This document shows, piece after piece, positions 57,275-64,000 of a stretch of DNA of 64,000 bases. This DNA comes from Candidatus Paceibacter sp. GTDB lineage: Bacteria > Patescibacteriota > Patescibacteriia > Magasanikbacterales > UBA922. A model generated the notes under the pieces. The model was not told where the DNA came from. It did no database searches and worked only from the letters and a program-made list of their open reading frames with translations. The DNA is taken from assembly GCA_020725175.1 (NCBI GenBank), contig DYFM01000005.1, positions 1,855 through 65,854 on the forward strand. Reading direction: 5' to 3'. Position 1 is the first letter of the stretch; each line of letters begins with the position of its first letter. The position numbers were made by a program, and so were the translations under genes.

Positions 57275-57881
57275 CTAAAATAAAGAAGTTAGACATACAT
57301 TCCCCGGGACCTAGTGAATATGGATAATTTGGATCCCAGAGAATAGTCATTGTCACGGGTTTAGAAACTGACGATAACTTGATTCTACTCATCAATTCTT
57401 CACTTGGCTTAAACACAGGAGAGATTGGCATTATGGTTGGAAGGGTTATTTTTTCCCCAATCTTCATTTGTTCTGGAGAAGAAGTAATCGTAAAAACATC
57501 GCACTCAACCTGCCCTTCATTGCCAAAATAACGATCTCTCTTTTCGGTTTCGTAAAAACCAACAACTGTCGTGACACCAACGCGTTTTCCTGCGTTATTT
57601 TCAAAAACACAGTTTACCAAACCACAAGAATCACCAACAAGAGAAAAATCTTCCATATCGGAAAGTTTTTTTTGATTATCCTGATTTACTTTTTCACTCA
57701 AGAGAAGGTTTTGATTTTGTTGACGTAATTCACTTTCTGAAATAAATGATTTATTGTATAACATTTTATATTTTTCAACCTCATTTGTTTGTTTATAACC
57801 AAAATGTAGGCTAACAAACAAACCTAGAAGTGAGGCGATAGTAATTGAGATCATTATTACGTAAATATATTTGTTTTTCAT
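57264..57881 (-). CDS. Hypothetical membrane-anchored protein
   Basis: N-terminal transmembrane helix. The ORF overlaps serS by 11 nt. Confidence 0.4.
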   Translation of the reverse strand: MKNKYIYVIMISITIASLLGLFVSLHFGYKQTNEVEKYKMLYNKSFISESELRQQNQNLLLSEKVNQDNQKKLSDMEDFSLVGDSCGLVNCVFENNAGKRVGVTTVVGFYETEKRDRYFGNEGQVECDVFTITSSPEQMKIGEKITLPTIMPISPVFKPSEELMSRIKLSSVSKPVTMTILWDPNYPYSLGPGECMSNFFILDVQ

Positions 57882-57887
57882 AAAGAA

Positions 57888-58922
57888 TTATTTGAAAAAA
57901 TATTTAATTTCAGGTAACCAAATTTTATACATCTCTGCGTTTGTTCCCATCAAATCATACTTTAACACCTCATCCAACTCAAACCAGCGAGATTCCAAAA
58001 CCTCTTCATCATTAAACACACCATCACCAGAAACAACCTCACAGAGATACGCAATTAAGTAAACTTGATAATGAACATTTTTTTCAGGTAAAAAAACTTC
58101 TTCTGTACCAATATGAGAAAGTTGTTTCACCACTCTCACATCATACCCGGCTTCTTCTTTTACCTCCCGTACAACACACTCTTCAATTCCTTCCCCCATT
58201 TCAACCCCACCACCCGGAAACTCCCATTTTTTATGATACTTTGGTTGATGTGGATCGTTACGAAGATTCATAAGAATTTTACCGTCTTTTATAATGAGTG
58301 CAACCGGTACAATAAAGTGTTTTCCATCATATTGATTTTTGAGATAATACTTTACACGGACCAATGCCTTTCCTCGATGACTCAAGCCATTTTTTTCATC
58401 TACCGTCATTTCAGCATACGACTTTTCCGCTACATCAACATAAAAAATTGGGTCATATCCAAAACCTCCCACAGAAGTTTTTATTGGTTCTTCAAGCACT
58501 CTTCCTCGAGTTTCTCCGTATCCGATAAAAGATTCTTTTCGCATTGGGTCATACACTGCCAAGACAGCCTTAAAGGTGGCGGCTCTTTCTAACTCAATTT
58601 TTCCTGACAACTTTTCAAATACCATGTTCCAACGTTCCTCAGAAGTAGAGGCAATGCGTGCACTATGTACCCCTGGCCAACCCTGGAGAGCATCAATAAA
58701 TATTCCACCATCGTCAGACAAGGTAACAAGTCCGGTTTTATCAGCGTAGTACTTTGCTTTGTGTATCGCATTTGCTTCTAGTGTATCATATGGTTCATCC
58801 GGCTCTGGAATTCTCTCCGGTAGATCTTCCAACGTCAAAAGATTCAGATTGGGGGTGGTCTGAAGTGCGTACTTTAACTCGACAATTTTACCGGGATTAC
58901 TTGTTCCTAGGAGAATATCCAT
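57888..58922 (-). CDS. RdgB/Ham1 non-canonical NTP pyrophosphatase fused to a NUDIX hydrolase
   Basis: The N-terminal half carries TSNPGK, GFGYDPIF and SHRGKA (Ham1). The C-terminal half carries the NUDIX box GGGVEMGEGIEECVVREVKEEAGYDV. Confidence 0.75.
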   Translation of the reverse strand: MDILLGTSNPGKIVELKYALQTTPNLNLLTLEDLPERIPEPDEPYDTLEANAIHKAKYYADKTGLVTLSDDGGIFIDALQGWPGVHSARIASTSEERWNMVFEKLSGKIELERAATFKAVLAVYDPMRKESFIGYGETRGRVLEEPIKTSVGGFGYDPIFYVDVAEKSYAEMTVDEKNGLSHRGKALVRVKYYLKNQYDGKHFIVPVALIIKDGKILMNLRNDPHQPKYHKKWEFPGGGVEMGEGIEECVVREVKEEAGYDVRVVKQLSHIGTEEVFLPEKNVHYQVYLIAYLCEVVSGDGVFNDEEVLESRWFELDEVLKYDLMGTNAEMYKIWLPEIKYFFK

Positions 58923-58948
58923 AGTGTTTTCAGGCAGGAAGGGTTGAG

Positions 58949-59347
58949 CTACATTAGTTTAATAAGGCTTGATTTATATGTTTTATATTGTTTTAATCGA
59001 ACAATTTTTGTGTTCAGTTTAAACTCTCTTATTTTTTCTTTCATCAGATCCACAAAGAAGGTTTGGTCATACCCTAGTGCGATAACATCAGGTTTCACTT
59101 TTTTTAAAACCGCATACACATCTGTTTTGCTTCCCAACAATACTTGATCTACATACCGTATAGCTGAAACAATTTTCTTTCGATCCTGCTCACTATGAAT
59201 TGGTTTTTGATGTTTTACTCGCTCAACCGTTTCATCTCTCGCAATAACTACCACTAGTCTATCTCCCAATTTTCGAGCTTGTTTGATCAGCGCCAGATGA
59301 CCAGCGTGAAAAAAGTCAAAGGTACCGAAAATGAGGATGGTTTTCAT
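58949..59347 (-). CDS. Cytidylyltransferase-like nucleotidyltransferase (HxGH class; TagD/RibL-like)
   Basis: FGTFDFFHAGH motif and 132-aa length. Confidence 0.6.
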   Translation of the reverse strand: MKTILIFGTFDFFHAGHLALIKQARKLGDRLVVVIARDETVERVKHQKPIHSEQDRKKIVSAIRYVDQVLLGSKTDVYAVLKKVKPDVIALGYDQTFFVDLMKEKIREFKLNTKIVRLKQYKTYKSSLIKLM

Positions 59348-59349
59348 AA

Positions 59350-60816
59350 TTATTCATCGGTGGTGTGAAGTGGTTTCATTAGCGGAAACAATTGACATTC
59401 ACGAATCGGCTTATTGACCATAAATGCAAACAGACGCTCACCGAATCCAAAACCACAGGTCGGCGGCATTCCATGCTCTAACATTTCAACAAATTCCCAG
59501 TCCGGCATCATTGCTTCTTCATCACCTTTTTCAATAAGTTTTTGCTGCAACTCAAATCGTTCACGCTGGTCAATCGGATCATTTAATTCAGAGAAACCAT
59601 TTCCAATCTCGCTCCCAGCAATAATAATTTGAAATCGTTCCGTTAAGCCTGGCCGATCGGTATTTTCTTTGGATAGCGGGGAAACTAATTTTGGATGATT
59701 CACCAAAAATGCCGGACCTGCGATATTTTTTCGACAGTATTTCCAGAGTGTGTCAGTGAGTCGTTCCCGATTTGCACCTTCATACTTTACTCCCAACTCG
59801 TCAAGTTTTTTTGTCATGTCTTCTTCTGAAGCGGTGAGGATATCAATTCCGGTTTGTTTTTTTACTTCATCTTGATAGTCGATCTCAGGCCACTCATCAG
59901 CCAAGTCATAAGTAAATTGTTTGGAGGTAAATTTGGTAGTACCAAATACTTCTAAGCCAATTGTTCGATATAGTTCTTGAACCAACTTCATACCATCTTT
60001 ATAATTTGCGTAGGCCCAATAAAATTCCATATTAGTAAACTCCTGCAGATGATCAGGGCTAGAGCCTTCATTACGAAATACTTTGCCAATTTCAAAAGTT
60101 TTCTCAAATCCAGCCGCCATTAAGCGTTTCTGCCAAAGCTCTCCAACAGAAATACGCAAAAATACATCCAAATCAAAGTCATTGTGATGAGTTGCAAACG
60201 GAGCAGCTTCTGCGCCACCGGTCGTAGTTTCTAAGTACGGAGTTTCAACCTCAAAAAAACCTTTTGCCTTCATGAAGGTTCTTGTCACATCCCAAAATTT
60301 TGATTTTTTATAAAATAGTTCCCGGAGTTCTGAATTCAGTAGTAAGTCAAGGTAGCGTTTTCTATATCGCAACTCTTCATCCTGAATCCCGTGAAACTTA
60401 TCCGGCAGTGGCAAGAGTGCCTTTGTTAACAATTGCCAAGATTCCACCAATACTGATTCCTCACCTTTATGTGTCAGAAACCTACTTCCTTGAACAGAAA
60501 TTATGTCTCCGACATCAATTTTTTTGACAAACAACTTGTACTGCTCGTCTCCAAGTTGATCCTTTTTGAAGGCAAGTTGTATTTTTCCACTATCATCCTG
60601 TAAGTGAGAAAACGTCAGATTTCCCATTTCTCGCTTACTCATCAAGCGACCAGAAATTTTAACGTTCGTGTCTTCTTGACTTTGCAACGCCTCTCTTACA
60701 GTTTCTTCACGAACAGCTCGAGCAGGGTACGGGTTCATTCCCATATCTCGCAATTCCTGCATTTTTCGAAGTCGCACCTCACGTTCATCATTAATATTGA
60801 GTGGTTGGTTGGTCAT
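59350..60816 (-). CDS. lysS: Lysine--tRNA ligase (class II)
   Basis: N-terminal OB anticodon-binding domain, class II motifs 1-3, and the GGAEAAPF and GFGFGERL segments. Confidence 0.9.
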   Translation of the reverse strand: MTNQPLNINDEREVRLRKMQELRDMGMNPYPARAVREETVREALQSQEDTNVKISGRLMSKREMGNLTFSHLQDDSGKIQLAFKKDQLGDEQYKLFVKKIDVGDIISVQGSRFLTHKGEESVLVESWQLLTKALLPLPDKFHGIQDEELRYRKRYLDLLLNSELRELFYKKSKFWDVTRTFMKAKGFFEVETPYLETTTGGAEAAPFATHHNDFDLDVFLRISVGELWQKRLMAAGFEKTFEIGKVFRNEGSSPDHLQEFTNMEFYWAYANYKDGMKLVQELYRTIGLEVFGTTKFTSKQFTYDLADEWPEIDYQDEVKKQTGIDILTASEEDMTKKLDELGVKYEGANRERLTDTLWKYCRKNIAGPAFLVNHPKLVSPLSKENTDRPGLTERFQIIIAGSEIGNGFSELNDPIDQRERFELQQKLIEKGDEEAMMPDWEFVEMLEHGMPPTCGFGFGERLFAFMVNKPIRECQLFPLMKPLHTTDE

Positions 60817-60918
60817 ATTTTTAGCTTAAATATCAATAATAAGTGTACCAAATGTTTTATAAAAAAGCAAATCCCAGCTGTGGTTGGCTGGGAAGTGTGA
60901 TAGTAGTTATTTTTTAGC

Positions 60919-61386
60919 TTATTTTACTTCAATTATCTTATACACCTGCACCCCAGCCGGTACAGTGACTTGCACAGAATCCCCTTTTTTCTTACCCAAA
61001 AACGCCTCGCCAAGTGGAGATTCGTTGGAAATTTTTCCGGAAAGTGGATCTGCTTCTTGTTGACCGACTATAGTATACTCTTTTTTCTTTCCATTAAATT
61101 CTACTATGATAGAGGAACCAACCTGCACCACACCGGCTCTGGTAATTTCCTCTGAGATAAGCACAGCATTCTGCAAAATTGCTTCGATTTCGTGCAATCT
61201 ACTTTGAACCCACGCCATTTCTTCTCGGGCTGATTGATATTCGGCATTTTCTGACAGATCTCCCATTTGACGAGCTTCATCAATACGCTTGGCAAGTTCA
61301 GGTGCTTTTTCTTCACGTAAGTGCTTCAATTCTCCCTCAAGTTCTTGTTTTTTCTCTACGGTAATATATTGGATTGCATCCGTCAT
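60919..61386 (-). CDS. greA: Transcription elongation factor GreA, copy 2
   Basis: ITVEKKQELEGELKHL ... GDLSENAEYQSAREE ... SPLGEAFLGKK. I placed the start at the internal ATG (MTDAIQY). Confidence 0.7.
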   Translation of the reverse strand: MTDAIQYITVEKKQELEGELKHLREEKAPELAKRIDEARQMGDLSENAEYQSAREEMAWVQSRLHEIEAILQNAVLISEEITRAGVVQVGSSIIVEFNGKKKEYTIVGQQEADPLSGKISNESPLGEAFLGKKKGDSVQVTVPAGVQVYKIIEVK

Positions 61387-61558
61387 ACGGTTTAACAAAA
61401 AAATAAATCCGCTGCCTGCGGGTTCTATACAGTATAGCAGACCTATGTCTACGGTCAAGTTTGATTATCCACAGAAAGTTACGCATAGACCATAACTCAC
61501 TCTTCGTATCTCAACACTACAAAAACATGATCATGAATATCGGTTTAATCAATGAAGT

Positions 61559-63571
61559 TCATCTATTTTGCCACCACCAGCGATAGAGGTCGTAAGCCAC
61601 TGGGACAGCAAGACGACTTCCTTCCTCTCCTTCCTCAATAAGAACGGTAATTGCAATTTCTGGATTGTCGTATGGTGCAAACGACGTAAACCAGGCATGA
61701 TTGTCTTTATTGACATTCCACTGTGCGGTACCGGTTTTACCGGCAGCAGCAAATGGAAGTGATGCAAGTTGGCGACAAGAACCAGTTGTAACACAATCTC
61801 GCATTCCCAACCGAATCGTTTCTAAATGATTCTTAGATACGGGAAGCTGCAACACTTCCTCTGTCGGGATATCCTGTTCTTCTTTTGTTTCCGGATCAAT
61901 AATACTTTTGACCACATGAGGCTTGTATAGCGATCCACCATTGGCAATCGCGGCAGTCATCATGTTGATCTGAAGCGGAGTAACCAACAAATCCCCCTGT
62001 CCAATGGATAAATTATACGTGTCCCCAATATACCAAGATTCACCTTTCTTTTCTTGCTTCCATGATTTTGATGGAATAAAGCCATTCGTCTCGCCCGGCA
62101 AGTCAATCCCTATCCGTTTTGAAAAACCGAAACGAGTCAAATAAGAGTGTATTTTATCAACACCAAGACCTTCAAAATCTCCATACCCTCCTCCGATATA
62201 GTAATAAAACGTATTGACAGACTGAGCAATAGATTTTCGAACATTGGTCACTCCATGTCCACCGGCTTGCCAGTCGGGAAAAAACCAAGGTCCAATGCCG
62301 AGACCACCTCTACTCAGAAAAGTTGTCTGTGGGGTAATAATTCCCTCTTCAAGAGCCGCAGCTGCTATAGCCGGTTTGATAACTGAACCGGACGGAAAAG
62401 CACCGCCAATCGCTCGATTGAATAATGGTCGTCCCGGATTTTCCAGATACGACGCATAGGTTTCTTTATCAATTCTTCCGGAGAAATCATTGTTATCAAA
62501 CGCTGGCAAACTAACGAGCGCCAATATTTCTCCAGTCTGCGGATTACTTACTACCGCTGAACCACTCACTTTTTCATGTTTTTTTAAAATTGAATTCATG
62601 AGTGATTCCAACTTTGCTTGCAAACGAGCATCAACTGCCAAACGCACATGCTCACCCGGCTGAGGAGCCTCTTCTGAAAGAACTGTTTGTTCTCGACCAT
62701 ACGTATCTACCTCAATTTGTCTTTTTCCATAGACACCTCGCATGTATGACTCATACATCTTTTCTACACCTGTTTTCCCAATTGAATCGGATGTTAAATA
62801 TCCTTTTGGCTTAAACTCGACCAACTCTTCCGGGCTCAACTTCCCTTCGTATCCCAACACATGAGACAAAGATAATACCGGAGTAGTAGACGTCGTACCA
62901 CTTTCGCTATCTTCAAACGCAACAGTATTGAGATACAGCCGCTTACTTCCCCGAACAATGTGAAGCCCAGGTAAATCTGATCCGGCGATTTGAATTGCAA
63001 GCGCGGTATCGTAATCAACATCCTCCTTTATAATAATAGAGTTTAAACTATATGCCCCATATTTATTGAGAGTAGTTCGGATATCTTCTGCCGGTTCTCC
63101 AGTAATGAGTGCCAAACGATCAATAACCGCTTCTCGATGAGGATTTGGCTCACCATTTCGTTTGGCCGGGGGTAATTCTTGAGGAATAAGCGCAAGAGAA
63201 AAATTGGGAATGTTGTTGGTCAACTGAATACCATTTCGATCATAAATAATGCCACGTTCTGAGGGAATCGCAATCGTATTTTGTCGATTTCGTTCAGCTC
63301 GCGCTAGGTAACTACCTCCTTCAATGAGTTGCAAATATCCTACACGTAGCACGATTATTCCAAATAAAATCAACAAGAGAATAAAAAAGAATTGCCCAAT
63401 ATACTGATGAATACTTTTACCAACATGAGAAATACCGGTAGGAGTTGCTACCTGTTTTCCAGTGTTTACATCAAATACAAATACCTCCTCAGCCCACGAT
63501 GAACGAGAGTGATGAGAGACCTTTAGGGCTGACGGATCATCCTGATAGATTAAAAATGGGTCCTTCGACAT
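61559..63571 (-). CDS. mrdA: Penicillin-binding protein 2 (peptidoglycan D,D-transpeptidase)
   Basis: N-terminal transmembrane anchor, dimerisation domain, and transpeptidase motifs (the active-site Ser region SVIKP, SGN-like, KTGT). Confidence 0.85.
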   Translation of the reverse strand: MSKDPFLIYQDDPSALKVSHHSRSSWAEEVFVFDVNTGKQVATPTGISHVGKSIHQYIGQFFFILLLILFGIIVLRVGYLQLIEGGSYLARAERNRQNTIAIPSERGIIYDRNGIQLTNNIPNFSLALIPQELPPAKRNGEPNPHREAVIDRLALITGEPAEDIRTTLNKYGAYSLNSIIIKEDVDYDTALAIQIAGSDLPGLHIVRGSKRLYLNTVAFEDSESGTTSTTPVLSLSHVLGYEGKLSPEELVEFKPKGYLTSDSIGKTGVEKMYESYMRGVYGKRQIEVDTYGREQTVLSEEAPQPGEHVRLAVDARLQAKLESLMNSILKKHEKVSGSAVVSNPQTGEILALVSLPAFDNNDFSGRIDKETYASYLENPGRPLFNRAIGGAFPSGSVIKPAIAAAALEEGIITPQTTFLSRGGLGIGPWFFPDWQAGGHGVTNVRKSIAQSVNTFYYYIGGGYGDFEGLGVDKIHSYLTRFGFSKRIGIDLPGETNGFIPSKSWKQEKKGESWYIGDTYNLSIGQGDLLVTPLQINMMTAAIANGGSLYKPHVVKSIIDPETKEEQDIPTEEVLQLPVSKNHLETIRLGMRDCVTTGSCRQLASLPFAAAGKTGTAQWNVNKDNHAWFTSFAPYDNPEIAITVLIEEGEEGSRLAVPVAYDLYRWWWQNR

Positions 63572-63574
63572 AGG

Positions 63575-63988
63575 TTATGCAAAATATGTACCTGGGCGTT
63601 TCGTTTTTTTTCGTTCCCATAGCTGCCAAAGAGCGTACAGTATCAATACAAATACCATTGTTAGACTCAACTCCCATCCCACCGACTGTAATACCGCTAT
63701 TTTTGATATGGAAACTTCCGCATTAGTAAGATCCGTTACAAACAAAAGTATCATATAAAGTAATCGGTAGATAAAGACAGCAAAAAAGGTTATCCCAAGC
63801 GCCGCGTAGATGGATTGATTAGTGAAAACTGTTTCTGATAACCAAAAAGTAAGCAGTACCGTAATCGTCCCGGAAAACAAAACAATACCAAAAGGAGTAA
63901 TGGTAAACAGTTCAATGAGAAAATAACTTCCAAACGCAACCCAAACAATAGCTCCACTTCCCCGTATGAGCGTGAGAATAATGCACAT
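63575..63988 (-). CDS. MreD-like rod-shape membrane protein
   Basis: 137 aa with four or five transmembrane helices, immediately upstream of PBP2 (the usual mreD-mrdA order). It lies near the window edge. Confidence 0.35.
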   Translation of the reverse strand: MCIILTLIRGSGAIVWVAFGSYFLIELFTITPFGIVLFSGTITVLLTFWLSETVFTNQSIYAALGITFFAVFIYRLLYMILLFVTDLTNAEVSISKIAVLQSVGWELSLTMVFVLILYALWQLWERKKTKRPGTYFA

Positions 63989-64000
63989 ACCAAGAATAAC

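Noticed and set aside
1-64000. CRISPR arrays, rRNA genes, reverse transcriptase, retron or DGR components
   Set aside because: I scanned for regularly spaced direct repeats with unique spacers and found none. The tandem repeats present are the 82-bp tRNA-derived units, the in-gene protein repeats and the 9-bp microsatellite. No RT motifs (YxDD) appear in any sizeable ORF.

Overview
The window reads as a low-GC bacterial chromosome segment with small genes and many short structured intergenic elements. The gene content and style suggest Patescibacteria/CPR, but that is inference from sequence alone. Most of it is housekeeping: a P-type ATPase 3' fragment, folK-folP, ftsEX, era, rplI, pyrG, cysS, gltX, serS, lysS, clpB, two greA paralogs, the cell-wall genes (MurE-like, MurF-like, FemAB, TagA-like, PBP2, MreD-like, FtsQ, FtsB-like, an M23 peptidase), and a complete suf Fe-S assembly operon (Rrf2 regulator, sufB, sufS, sufU, sufC, sufT-like, two ferredoxins, divergent FNR-like reductase). 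I found four tRNA genes by eye: Gly-CCC, Thr-CGT, Gln-TTG and Asn-GUU. The Asn gene is interrupted in its anticodon loop by a ~338 nt group I intron whose P, Q, R and S core elements are recognisable, and it is preceded by two tandem 82-bp units that duplicate the tRNA 5' end. Other notable items are a LexA-like repressor, Y-family polymerase and DnaQ-like exonuclease cassette behind a near-consensus promoter with an embedded GAAC-N4-GTTC box and a long TACGAA-rich palindromic leader; a CIRCE-like element upstream of clpB; two ~175-bp MITE-like elements with long terminal inverted repeats; a dispersed AACGGAT-core palindrome family that punctuates the suf operon; a dispersed ACTCAGAAAACTCAGA motif; recurring GC-rich hairpins; and two unannotated ~30-aa hydrophobic peptide ORFs with perfect Shine-Dalgarno sequences inside anomalous GC-rich islets flanking the suf operon. 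A possible accessory block lies downstream of tRNA-Asn (a hypothetical, a frameshifted APH-family kinase and a 1178-aa tandem-repeat surface protein). Near the 3' end there is a Xer-like recombinase with a dif-like site. No CRISPR array, rRNA or reverse transcriptase was seen. All coordinates come from manual counting and may be off by 1-2 nt.
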